From Octopus bimaculoides (lineage: Eukaryota): 64,000 nt of DNA. Under the pieces are notes generated by a model. It was not told where the DNA came from and did not search any database. It worked only from the letters and a program-made list of their open reading frames with translations. Of the stretch, positions 24,811-37,437 are shown piece by piece. A program made the position numbers and the translations under genes. How positions within the stretch are numbered: position 1 is the stretch's first letter; the number at the start of each line of letters is the position of its first letter. The stretch lies in the NCBI RefSeq assembly GCF_001194135.2, contig NC_068990.1, positions 27,830,705 through 27,894,704 on the forward strand, read 5' to 3'.

Positions 24811-25502
24811 CAGAACCCTTGATTGAATGACACTGTGTATAAACTCTCTATTTGGAATGACCAATTTCAAAGACTGTTGGATTTTACTCACAGGGTATTG
24901 GAATCTTAATAATGGATTTACAAAGGCAACGACCAATCTTAAAAAACAATTGGATCTTACTCACAAGGTACTGGAATCTTATATGTATACCATTCTGCCT
25001 AAACATTGGATTTATAAATACAATATCCCTACATTCACTCGCTATTTCCTATCTTAACTAAACTAAGAGAGAACTTTACTCCACAGCTAAAATATGTCTC
25101 AGACGTATTTTCACTATCTTAAAGTTCGCTTATGCCTAAATATTGCTTGGTGCTGATATTACCGTAGGTTTCACGACCTCGGCGGTCTGCTAGCATAGGT
25201 CAGTCAATGCTGTTGACTGTCACAGCTTGACTAGGTCTGTCCTGAGTTGCTTCTCTTCAATGTTTCCCATTGATAACTTCTAAGGAGTTACAAACATCGA
25301 TGACTGGGAATCCGATAGGTGGCAGCACCGGATAGATATGATACTTTTACATCTTTTTACCATAAGAAAAAATTATTTTTGCACGGTAACTACAGTGAGT
25401 TTGTTTTTAGAAGCCGAACTATGTCACAAGCATATTCTAACTAAGCCTAAGTTCGTTTATGCCTAAACAGTTTTGGCGCTATATATAGTTGTTATATATA
25501 TT

Positions 25503-25545
25503 CTGTGCTGATGAAGGGAAATAACCCAGAAATCACGATACACAG
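25503..25545 (+). ncRNA. Type I hammerhead ribozyme (near-intact)
   Basis: ctgtg-CTGATGA-A-GGG-aaataa-CCC-A-GAAA-T-CACG-ATA-cacag: perfect 5-bp stem I, complete core, AUA triplet. Confidence 0.75.
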
Positions 25546-25725
25546 ATATTGTTTTGAGCTGAGTGGGGGTGCTAGATTCCCTTGTTTGGAAAAATATAAG
25601 GACACAGATCGTGTCGTATAGCCAGCTGGAGACGATGTCTCCTGGGTCTAAATTACAGCATAATTCGTCCTAAACCAGCAATGCCACGTTATGTTCGCAA
25701 ACAATTTTACTACACATATATATAC

Positions 25726-25761
<36 letters not shown>

Positions 25762-25869
25762 NNNNNNNNNNNNNNNNNNNNNNNNNNNNNNNNNNNNNNN
25801 NNNNNNNNNNNNNNNNNNNNATATGCATATATACGTACAGGTATGTGCATACCGACATCCACCTGTATG

Positions 25870-25990
25870 TATAGGTGCATATCTGGGTACAGGACATTGC
25901 AAACAAACGTAGACGAGAACACACGAGCCACATAGAGAACATTCTCCTTCATCAGCCACCCACGTTTTAACACCGGCGTTTCGACGTTTT
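25870..25990 (-). mobile_element. PLE-terminus-like repeat fragment
   Basis: Related to 15547-15720; minus strand contains GAAACG...CTGATGAAGG. Confidence 0.5.
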
Positions 25991-26156
25991 ATATTACTGC
26001 TAAACCTGGTCACAACCGACAGTCCAATTTGTAACACAAGCAAAGGTTCAGGTTTAGCAGAAGTGTTGCACCAATGCCACCTGATCATTTGGGATGAATG
26101 CACCATGTCACATAGATGTGCAATAGAAGCCCTTGATAAGACTTTACAGGACTTGA
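25988..26156 (+). pseudogene. Helitron Pif1-like helicase fragment
   Basis: Open frame LNLVTTDSPICNTSKGSGLAEVLHQCHLIIWDECTMSHRCAIEALDKTLQDL; IIWDECTM (Walker B/motif II) and ALD.TLQDL are characteristic of Helitron helicases. Confidence 0.9.
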
Positions 26157-26159
26157 CTG

Positions 26160-26590
26160 ACTTTGGAGTATCTAATTCACGAAATTCTTCTACCTTCGGA
26201 TTACCGCACCTGTTCATTCGGATGACGCCATTTCTGTACTTTGATTGGGAATCATTACAATTTGTCCGTGACTCTTACACTTTATCTCGTACTCCTTCAG
26301 CCTATCTTCTGTTCTAATTCCACTCTCCTCCCCTTTTCTCTTTCTCTTTCTCTTTTCCTTTTTCTCGCCACCAATAACACCTACACTGACATCCGCGTGT
26401 GTATCGTTTGACAATTTTCTTCCCCCGTCTTTCCTTCCTTTGGACTTTACTCTATTTCTGACGAAGAGCTTGGCTCGAAACGTTGAATCCCCTTTCCTTC
26501 CTTTCCCGAGCGTCTGATAATGCAGTACTTGTACCACATCCTCACGTTATTGTTTTATCTTGTTTGTTCTTCTTTGTTTGGATTCACTAT
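26160..26590 (+). mobile_element. PLE-like non-coding terminal repeat carrying an HHR
   Basis: Pyrimidine-rich non-coding segment containing the HHR at 26454-26488, ending in (TA)/(TG) repeats. Confidence 0.6.
26454..26488 (+). ncRNA. Minimal type I hammerhead ribozyme, core intact
   Basis: attt-CTGACGA-A-GAGC-ttg-GCTC-GAAA-C-GTT-gaat: all core nucleotides, 4-bp stem II, 4-bp stem I (one G-U), palindromic ACGU stem III. Confidence 0.8.
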
Positions 26591-28116
26591 ATATATGTGT
26601 GTGTGAGTGTTTATGCATGTATATACACACATATATGTGTTTCTGTGTGTATGCGTACGTGTATGGATAGATGGATAGATAGATGGGTGGATTAATGGAA
26701 TTATATACGTATATGTGTTGCTCTTTTACACCAATACTCACTGTATGCTTACACATTAAGCATTGATTCATGGATACGAAACAATCACGACAATTTTAGA
26801 ATGTTGCTGCTTTGAATAACGATGTATTTCCTCACCAGGTTTATATGACACGTATTTACTCCAATAAAATCTAAGTGACTGCATATTATATAATGTGCCA
26901 GATCATAGGGTTTTCGTTACTTCCATAATAATGCAGTTTCCTGGAATTTACGGAGAGATCAGCGCACTTGATGGATCTAAAGAATTGAGTGTTGCAATGG
27001 TTTGTATGATTTGTGATATCCAAAAGCCATATTGATGCATTTACTAGCATCGGTAAAATTCATATTTGTCAGTACTCTAACATCTGATACAAGGATTCTT
27101 ACTGATCTTTGTGTCAGTACGGTTCCGTATTTCGTACCCTATTATAAAAAGCAACTCTAAGGATATTCATTCTTATTGTAACGTATTTTCTTGAAATATT
27201 TGAGGTGTATGAATCCGTTGAGCTTTCGTTTCTTATTTCTACCTAACTACACATTTAGGGCCTTTTAATATCATCCCCTTTGAAAGAGGTTGTAAATGGT
27301 TTCATGTTTCATAATCTATCTATACATAATTTCCTTTACTTCTAGCTCTCTGTCTCTCTCCTTATCGCTGTCTCTCTCCTTATCGCTGTCTCTCTCTTTC
27401 TCTCTCTCTCCTATTTTATCCCTCGATATATANNNNNNNNNNNNNNNNNNNNNNNNNNNNNNNNNNNNNNNNNNNNNNNNNNNNNNNNNNNNNNNNNNNN
27501 NNNNNNNNNNNNNNNNNNNNNNNNNNNNNNNNNNNNNNNNNNNNNNNNNNNNNNNNNNNNNNNNNNNNNNNNNNNNNNNNNNNNNNNNNNNNNNTGTGGA
27601 ATACCGTACGAGTGGAAATATATATGAAAGAAGGTTTGGAAATGCACTTATTTTAAAGATATTTATTTACTTAACCGGTTTCACTTTTTTAGAAAAAGAT
27701 TATCAAAAGTCTTTGAGAATAATAAAAAATGTTAAAAAACAGTTTGAGTATTAAAATGCATATATACATTCTTTGATGATAAAATATATTTAAAGTATAA
27801 AGCTTTGTATGAACTTTGTAGTGTTACATACTGATTATCACACATTCTCTGATAATAAGATGAAAATGTTAAAAACAGTGTATGAAAATACATATATAGA
27901 AAAATACATATACATATTCTTTGATAATCGAATAAAGTTGAGGAGGAGCCGACCTGGCTTTTTTCTCTTGTGTATATATATATATGCACATTAGCATACA
28001 CTAAAACACCCCACATACATACATTTACATATGTACATATATATAAATTTAAAATATATATAGATGCCATTATATACAGCTAGACGCACATACACGCACA
28101 AGCGTGCGCACACATA

Positions 28117-28159
<43 letters not shown>

Positions 28160-29429
28160 TCATATTCATAGCCGGCAAGCGTACGCATTTACAACGGAGT
28201 ATATCTGAAAGTACTAACACACAAGGTATGTTTCCATGCTTATTCAAAATTCGGAGGTGTGTGTCTGTGTGTTTGTGTGTGTGTATGCGTGCGTGTTTAT
28301 ATAAAATTTATGCATATTCCATTGTGCTGGTATGTTTATTCCAGGAAATACGAATTACGTAACTTTAAAAATTCTTTAGAATGTATTCACTGCAATACAA
28401 ATCGATATTACTTCGCAAATGTTAATATTTTCTTCTATTCTTTCTTTGTCCAGCATATCTAGATTCTTCAGGCAACTCCGTTGTTAAATATACCTATAAG
28501 CGCATTTAACAATAATTATATCACATGGATTCAAAAGCTGTAAATTGCGCTTTATTTACCAGAGGAAGTTCGTGCAACTAAAGAGAGAATGCACGTATAC
28601 ACGGGTATATGTGTGCATGTGTGTGTGTGTGTGTTTGTATGTGTGTGACTGTTTATCAAATGATCAAAGGTACCTCCTGAGCTCATAAGGCTCATAAGGT
28701 TGGTCTTCCGAGTTCTGTCATGTCTATATGATCTCGCCTCTCAATCCCCGCACGAAACTCCGATTTCTCATTTTTGCCACTTGAAAGTACTAGAGCAACG
28801 TCAAAATGAAGTGCTTTTCCTCAAAATTACATGCGTCGTCCGATGCAACACTCAAACCACTTCTTCCTGCGGTTCCATGAGTGGAAATCGAACCGGTGAG
28901 AGTGTTAAGTAATAAGACCCATAAAGATAATGACCCTCCCCAGACAAAGTATAATATATATTATTGTGTCTGGGGAAAGTCATTCGCTTTTAGTGCCTAA
29001 CACACTTACCGGTTCGATTTCCACTCATTTACAAACGTATATATATATAAGGGGGGGGGCGATCCACTCTTACCACAGCCTTAAAGCAGAAACACTCTTT
29101 TATTTAAGTGAATAGGCTATGAGTTGAGAGGGATTTGGTTACTATTAATTTCATTCTGTGGAAAGACAATAAAGTGGCAGATTTATGTCGCTTATGCAGG
29201 TTCAAGTATACGACATAACTGGTTTTATTTGTTAAAACAAGACGATAAGAAGATGAATGCAAAATGTGGGATGAGAAAAGCGGAACGAAAAAGCAAAAGA
29301 GGAAGAAAAGGAAAAGGGAAAGAAAGGAAAGACAATTGTTGCGTCCCCTTAGTCTGTGGAAATCAAAATTAAAATGCTGTTCAAATTAGAATTAATATAG
29401 CAAGTGCAGAATAATTCAACATCGGATGA

Positions 29430-30490
29430 GGCAGGACCATAATCAATGGGACTCCAGGGATAACTGGGAGAGGGTGCTGTCCTCTTGCCTGACCAAAGAA
29501 ATTTATCCATATGGTTACATTTACTAATAACTAGGATCTGAAATTATCCAGAGCGGTGGAGTTCTTGGATCTAAAAAGAATGACATTTGGCTACACATAA
29601 CCAAAAGATATGTATGTCTTTCATTCATTTACATATAGCGGGGGTCACTCCACGATGCTCCTCTTAATTGTGTGTGGTGTGCAGTTGGTCTTCAAATCCC
29701 GTATGTAGCAAATCAGCTTTAGGGATTTACGCATTAACAAACGCAGTTTTTTTTTTCTTTTGATTTTCCTTATTTTGGAGCACTGCTGTTACTTCGGCTT
29801 CTTGCACGATAGAAGTTGTGAAGCATTACTGACCAACAGGAGCCAAGCTTCCGGGTCTCGTACTTACAACTTGAAGTGGGATCATAGTGAGGTTTGCGAG
29901 TGATAAAGTTTTTCATACTGGAGAAGCAGCCGCAGGAAAATTTTACGACGTGTCCTTTAACAATAATTCTGAATTTTTTGTTTAACGGAGAATTTGCCTA
30001 TCTAAAAAGGCCAGAATGTTTTTCCCAGGTAAGACTTAGCATTGAAGGATAAAGGGGATACAAACTATATTATTATCCCGAGTCTATCTTTAAGTTTCAT
30101 ATTATCGATTGAAATGAGTAGGATGTCTTTGAAACGACAGTTAGCAAGGGCTTTATCGTAGTAGGGTGCAACTTACCGAAGAGCATAGATAAGATATCTT
30201 GTTACTAATACTGGCTACAAGGTTTTTAAAACTAGAGGGTGACAGGACTGTTTATGTATTCAGGTACGTTTCTCGTTCAGTTTATGGTAGGGCTTAAAAG
30301 AGCACGCATTTAACTGTAAGAATCAACAAGAAATCAACTTTAGGGGGATTAGTTGCTATTAAAATTTGGTGGTCTAATTGACAGCAGTTATGCAGGAATT
30401 GTTTTACTGTCTAAATTTATCGAGGGTATCTCCATTACATTTATGAGACATGCCCAAAACATCCTCATACTTAGATCACTATGTGTCTAA
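29430..30490 (-). mobile_element. Penelope-like element remnant (RT thumb, Cys-rich linker, GIY-YIG region)
   Basis: Frameshifted motifs KPYHKLNE..YIHK.S.HP..FKNLVASISNKIS...PYYDKALAN, KFRII...VKF.C.CFSSMKNFITR, SCKY..R.SCPVGQ*C..SIV, CNHMDKFL. Confidence 0.8.
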
Positions 30491-31164
30491 TATATAGAGA
30501 ACTAATTGATCACAGATACCAGCGCAGTCACACGATCTTATCTATAGATCAAACACTACATCTATTCCAGGTCTTTCAATCCATGCGGAATTCTTATTGA
30601 ATGAAAAGTTTTTTTTTAATATCAATAACTGAATTATTTGTGTATATTTTTGCCGGTGTCCAGAAACATTTACAAAAATATACAAATTTTGATGAGGCAA
30701 TTACACATGACTAACAGCTGAATTATACAACAATGCCACTTTTGTTATTTATCCATAGATCAATACCCGATAAAAATATGCTTCAAAACGGTTGTGTTCT
30801 TTATTACTGGAGTGTCTCAACGATGAAACCTTTGTTTACATATGTGAATATATTCTGTTTCTTTGGTGGCTTTGTAGGAATCTCTTCCGTAATAATGTGT
30901 GTGATTTTCTGCGTTTTCATGAGCTATTGCTGTATTTGTGCATGTGAATGTATTCTTTGAGTTTCTATAACAGAAGTGCATTTAGGATTATTACATTATA
31001 GTAATATATATATATGATTTTCCTTTGAATGTACGTCAACAAAGGAGCATCAAGAGCCTTCAAGACGTTCTAGAAACAGTAGCTACAGTGGAAAATGTAG
31101 TCTTGGGAATACACATATGTGCATGAACATTCATTTCATCTCGTTTGTCACGTTCTATTGGAGT

Positions 31165-31272
31165 CGATCTCAAAAATAACATCTCCAAGAACATCGTCTA
31201 CTCACATCAGTGAACCCGGAACCATATGGTTCGGAAGCAAATTTGTTACTAAACAGCCGCACTTATAGCCAC
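31165..31272 (-). mobile_element. SINE family B head fragment
   Basis: gaacccggaaccatatggtt.ggaagcaa.ttt.ttac.a.acagcc is the reverse complement of the tRNA-like head. Confidence 0.75.
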
Positions 31273-31414
31273 ACCTACACCTATATATGCATTCATATAT
31301 GCAAATTTATCTATCCACCTCTTTTTCTCTGCGTGTACATGCACACACACGAAGCCACAAACACATATACATGCATACATACAGACAGACACACATACAC
31401 ACATAAATACATAC

Positions 31415-31471
<57 letters not shown>

Positions 31472-32288
31472 NNNNNNNNNNNNNNNNNNNNNNNNNNNNN
31501 NNNNNNNNNNNNNNNNNNNNNNNNNNNNNNNNNNNNNNNNNNNNNNNNNNNNNNNNNNNNNNNNNNNNNNNNNNNNNNNNNNNNNNNNNNNNNNNNNNNN
31601 NNNNNNNNNNNNNNNNNNNNNNNNNNNNNNNNNNNNNNNNNNNNNNNNNNNNNNNNNNNNNNNNNNNNNNNNNNNNNNNNNNNNNNNNNNNNNNNNNNNN
31701 NNNNNNNNNNNNNNNNNNNNNNNNNNNNNNNNNNNNNNNNNNNNNNNNNNNNNNNNNNNNNNNNNNNNNNNNNNNNNNNNNNNNNNNNNNNNNNNNNNNN
31801 NNNNNNNNNNNNNNNNNNNNNNNNNNNNNNNNNNNNNNNNNNNNNNNNNNNNNNNNNNNNNNNNNNNNNNNNNNNNNNNNNNNNNNNNNNNNNNNNNNNN
31901 NNNNNNNNNNNNNNNNNNNNNNNNNNNNNNNNNNNNNNNNNNNNNNNNNNNNNNNNNNNNNNNNNNNNNNNNNNNNNNNNNNNNNNNNNNNNNNNNNNNN
32001 NNNNNNNNNNNNNNNNNNNNNNNNNNNNNNNNNNNNNNNNNNNNNNNNNNNNNNNNNNNNNNNNNNNNNNNNNNNNNNNNNNNNNNNNNNNNNNNNNNNN
32101 NNNNNNNNNNNNNNNNNNNNNNNNNNNNNNNNNNNNNNNNNNNNNNNNNNNNNNNNNNNNNNNNNNNNNNNNNNNNNNNNNNNNNNNNNNNNNNNNNNNN
32201 NNNNNNNNNNNNNNNNNNNNNNNNNNNNNNNNNNNNNNNNNNNNNNNNNNNNNNNNNNNNNNNNNNNNNNNNNNNNNNNNNNNNNNNN

Positions 32289-32339
<51 letters not shown>

Positions 32340-32599
32340 TATGAATGTATGTATATACATTATGTATGTACAGAAATTAATGAAAATGTAAGCTTAACTT
32401 TTTACTTACTGAGATGGACCGTTCAAATTTCATATTGGCAGTGCAATTCTTACTTCTACGCAATGTTCCCATCAAGCGGACTCTCCTCTGCAAGTGATAT
32501 TTCTTCACTCCTTTTTCCCAACTCTGATCCTCCTTGAAAAAGAAATCTTTACGTCCAGTTTACCCTGTTTATGTCGTGAAATTACTGTCTCTAAAGAGT

Positions 32600-33735
32600 G
32601 TACACCATTGAAATGAACAGGTCCAAAAGTGATGGCATTATGGTAGATGCTGCACTATTCGTCACCCCAGTCTCCCGATTCCTTGACAATGATGTGGGTA
32701 GTTGCACATGGTCGTGAATGTAGAGATGTTACACATGCCTGTTTTGTGTCTTCTTCGTAATGAAGCAATTCGATGTTTACGATAGAGCTGCACTCCAGAA
32801 GATCGAGAATGAAGCCCTTTTGGTCCCCCACCGCACACACACGTCACAATATGGCAGTTACCATTACCTTATATACCGAAATTTGCCTAATGAACTTCTT
32901 AGGCCCCGTAATGGGGGTCATTTCGGGGACTAGCCTTCGCTTCTGGGCCATAAAGAGGTTATGACTGGGTACTGAAGCAACAGTTCAACCATTCAAAAGT
33001 GGAAGTTTTATATTTCGACTTTTGCAAAGGCCTTTTTACAAAGTTCATTACGGGGTCACAAACTATGTGACATTCGTATTGTTGAAAAATTAGGAGAATG
33101 GCCGGATGACTTTTTATAAGGCAGCAGTCAGGTGTTGTCAATGGTGCTATCTCTGGGGAGACATCAATTTTGAGCGGAGTCCCTGAAAGAACTATACATG
33201 GTCCACTACTGCTTCTGTTGACTCACTCACGTCCCCCCAACTATACAGTCAAGATCTCTCCCCAGCTGTGCCAATAATAGAGAATTATTACAGGCGTTCA
33301 GGAAGATTTGCATGCAATATCCGAGTGAACTGATGAAAATAACATGCAGTTCAATGCTGAGAAGTTTTAATCACTCCACTCTCGGCTCACAGACATACTA
33401 CAATCGGAATTCGTAGAACCATGGGATAGGGCAATCCCAGGATCAGTGTGTGACCTGGGAATCCACATGAGAAACGATGCAACATTCCATGTGCTTATTA
33501 CCAAGACTACCTCTCTACGCAGGCGAGAAGCTGGATGGATTCTGCGATTATATACAACCATAAAAAAAGACACACCATGCCTCTTCTATGGAGAAGTTTC
33601 GCCCTTAGTCGTCTGGATTACTGTTCCCGACTGTGGTTACGCAGAGTGTCATACTGGTGACGGAATTTGAGGCAATCCGGCGCCACTGCAAAAATGAGAC
33701 TGACTCGGTGAAACGGAAGAGCTACTAGGAGGGGC
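32600..33735 (+). mobile_element. CR1-clade LINE RT remnant
   Basis: Motifs VLYFDF(A)KAF..V, SGVPERTIHGPLL, EDLHAISE*TDENNMQFNAEKF, DLGIHM, AGWILR, SRLDYCSRLW with many frameshifts. Confidence 0.9.
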
Positions 33736-33829
33736 TTAGGGAACAGAATATATATATATATATATATTAATATATATTTTTAGATATATATACATACACA
33801 CACACGCATACATACATACATATATATAT

Positions 33830-34125
33830 ATGGCCTAGTGGTTAGGGTGTTGCAGTCATGATAGCAAGATCGCAGTTTCAATTCTTCGATCGGATGGCGT
33901 ATTGTGATCTTGAGCAAAACACCTCAACTCACATTGTTCTGCAATAACGTTGACACCTGTCATCGTGGTACACCTGTGTGCACCCGTTCAGGTAACATCG
34001 ATTTGATGGAGAGAGAGTGAGGCTAATGAGCAGCACGAACATTTCTTCACCATGCATAAATCATTCGTAGCAGGTCGTTCGGCAAAAAGCTGGACACTTA
34101 CGCGCCGTCTTCGACGGAAGAGTTC
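33830..34125 (+). mobile_element. tRNA-derived SINE
   Basis: tggcctagtggttagggtgttgca.tcatga...agtttcaattc head followed by ttgagcaaaacac. Confidence 0.75.
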
Positions 34126-34894
34126 ATCAATATTATATAAATAATTATCTATATGCATGTTGAGGGTACAGATGCATACTTACGGCACACACACACATGT
34201 ATACCTATATATTATAACCGCATCACAAGTATTCACAATAAATTTTATTCACCTTTTTCAATGCAGATCCTGCCTAAGCTACAAGATTATAAATCGTTAC
34301 ATTGCGCATAGAGACTACGGCACAAATACCAGAGTACTAGTGAATCTATATGATGTGCTGTTCTATTTGAAATGCACTTCAGGCCAACAATTTTCACTGC
34401 TACATGGAATGATAATCACTAAATAAGAATTGTTTCTTTGAATTAAATTGCTAATCACATAATCAAAGAAGCAACGGAGAATTTCTTACCAAGAATGCTA
34501 TATTGTTAAGAGTTATGTTGTCTGTCATTAACCGACTTGTTGAGTCGTCGGAACAGAGCAATTAGGCTCTTGATAAACGTGAACCACTTATCTGTATATG
34601 CATAAATTTCCCTAGAAACTACACCGGGAATAATAATGCAAATGTATTGTAAAGATGTACACTTAATCGCAAGGACTCAGAGACAAACTTGGCAATTATT
34701 TTACGTAATAGTGGTGTGAAGTAAATGGAATTAGTGCGAGTAGGATTTGGTATATAAGCGAGAAGAAAGAATGCAAATAATAAGAAATAGTTTTATTCTC
34801 TACTTCCATAACTGTTTATTTACTGTTTGACTTTATTTGACTAAATCTTGAAAAACCACCATTACGCTCGTGCATTTAAACTTTCATTCATTTA

Positions 34895-35100
34895 TTTGTT
34901 TTCAATCATTTGACTGCAGCCATGCTGGAGCACCACCTTAAAGGGTTTCAGTCGAACAAATCGGCTTGAAGAATTATTCTTTAAAGCCTAGTACTTATCC
35001 TATCGGTGTATTTTGCAGAAATACTATGTTACGGGGACTTAAACACACCAGTACCAGTTATCAAGCGGTGATAGAGGACAAACGCAAGCACAAACAAACA
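34895..35100 (-). mobile_element. SINE family B, 3' half
   Basis: tcatttgactgcagccatgctggagcacc...cctagtacttat.ctatcggt...ttacggggac.taaacacacca. Confidence 0.8.
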
Positions 35101-36004
35101 TGTACATAGATACACACNNNNNNNNNNNNNNNNNNNNNNNNNNNNNNNNNNNNNNNNNNNNNNNNNNNNNNNNNNNNNNNNNNNNNNNNNNNNNNNNNNN
35201 NNNNNNNNNNNNNNNNNNNNNNNNNNNNNNNNNNNNNNNNNNNNNNNNNNNNNNNNNNNNNNNNNNNNNNNNNNNNNNNNNNNNNNNNNNNNNNNNNNNN
35301 NNNNNNNNNNNNNNNNNNNNNNNNNNNNNNNNNNNNNNNNNNNNNNNNNNNNNNNNNNNNNNNNNNNNNNNNNNNNNNNNNNNNNNNNNNNNNNNNNNNN
35401 NNNNNNNNNNNNNNNNNNNNNNNNNNNNNNNNNNNNNNNNNNNNNNNNNNNNNNNNNNNNNNNNNNNNNNNNNNNNNNNNNNNNNNNNNNNNNNNNNNNN
35501 NNNNNNNNNNNNNNNNNNNNNNNNNNNNNNNNNNNNNNNNNNNNNNNNNNNNNNNNNNNNNNNNNNNNNNNNNNNNNNNNNNNNNNNNNNNNNNNNNNNN
35601 NNNNNNNNNNNNNNNNNNNNNNNNNNNNNNNNNNNNNNNNNNNNNNNNNNNNNNNNNNNNNNNNNNNNNNNNNNNNNNNNNNNNNNNNNNNNNNNNNNNN
35701 NNNNNNNNNNNNNNNNNNNNNNNNNNNNNNNNNNNNNNNNNNNNNNNNNNNNNNNNNNNNNNNNNNNNNNNNNNNNNNNNNNNNNNNNNNNNNNNNNNNN
35801 NNNNNNNNNNNNNNNNNNNNNNNNNNNNNNNNNNNNNNNNNNNNNNNNNNNNNNNNNNNNNTATATATATATATATATATCTTTCCGTCTAGGTATTTTT
35901 ATGCTTTTAATGGCTTCCGTCATTAGATTGAAGAATTTTAGTCGAATGAAACGACACCATTACTCCTATATTTTTTCTAACCCAGTAACTTATTCTGCTG
36001 ATTT

Positions 36005-36245
36005 TTGAGTAGGATACGTGAACGACGGAAACATACTGACACCGGTTGACAAGGGGTACAAGAAAAAACACACACCCACACCCACACACACACATAGGTA
36101 CGATGGGCAACTGTCAGCTGCGGTCTACGATATCAGTCCACAAAGTATTATTCGGCCTCGGGCTATACTAGAAGACAGTTGGGGAAGCTGCTAAGCAATG
36201 GCATTGAACCCGGAACCATATGGTTTGAAACCATGCCTCTTACGA
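36005..36245 (-). mobile_element. SINE family B, degenerate
   Basis: cggcctcgggctata.tagaagaca...gaacccggaaccatatggtt. Confidence 0.7.
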
Positions 36246-36839
36246 CGGTGATTCTCGGCTCTTTATTCACTCTGCTGCTTCTGCTTAATATTAGTGATGA
36301 TATACATGTACTTATATCTTAAGTTCTATATGTATATATGTATATATGCGTTTGTGTGTGTCTGCATATATATACCTATATATATATATATATATATNNN
36401 NNNNNNNNNNNNNNNNNNNNNNNNNNNNNNNNNNNNNNNNNNNNNNNNNNNNNNNNNNNNNNNNNNNNNNNNNNNNNNNNNNNNNNNNNNNNNNNNNNNN
36501 NNNNNNNNNNNNNNNNNNNNNNNNNNNNNNNNNNNNNNNNNNNNNNNNNNNNNNNNNNNNNNNNNNNNNNNNNNNNNNNNNNNNNNNNNNNNNNNNNNNN
36601 NNNNNNNNNNNNNNNNNNNNNNNNNNNNNNNNNNNNNNNNNNNNNNNNNNNNNNNNNNNNNNNNNNNNNNNNNNNNNNNNNNNNNNNNNNNNNNNNNNNN
36701 NNNNNNNNNNNNNNNNNNNNNNNNNNNNNNNNNNNNNNNNNNNNNNNNNNNNNNNNNNNNNNNNNNNNNNNNNNNNNNNNNNNNNNNNNNNNNNNNNNNN
36801 NNNNNTATATAAACGTGTGTGTGTATAATATGTGTGTGG

Positions 36840-36878
<39 letters not shown>

Positions 36879-37405
36879 CTTACACTCACACACACATACG
36901 CATATGTATATATAAAGATATAACGTGTCAAAATGTTAGTAGCCTGTGGGGATTCATTCGCTGAAATTGTTTTAAAGAAAACCAATGGGAGAAGTTTTTG
37001 TTTTTGATTTATTTCAGCTGCTCAACTTTTCTTTTGATTCTTTTTGCTAAACTTTAAAACAAATGTAGTTCTTGAAACTAAACTGAAGTTTCTCGTGCTT
37101 TCATGTTATCTGTAGGGAGGCGGACATTCAAGATCATTAAAACAGATATATATCACATAAATTACATAACACAAATAGAACATAAATAAATAAAACCACT
37201 TTTTTTTTCATTTGGCACAAGACCATACGGTGTGGTGGTGGTGGTTAGATACTGTTTTACAGACAGAAGTGCAGAAATAGTGCGTATAAATAATACAACT
37301 GACCTATCGAAGATTTACTTAAACCAATCAATTGGTGTGGCTCCTTTCTCTAAACGCTGCGAGGTGTTATCCGCGTCTCTCATCTAATCTATTTATCCGC
37401 CAGAC

Positions 37406-37436
<31 letters not shown>

Positions 37437-37437
<1 letters not shown>

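Noticed and set aside
26800-27290. Possible ancient PLE linker/GIY-YIG on the minus strand (NEYP, IICS...FIG)
   Set aside because: Motifs are too short and interrupted.
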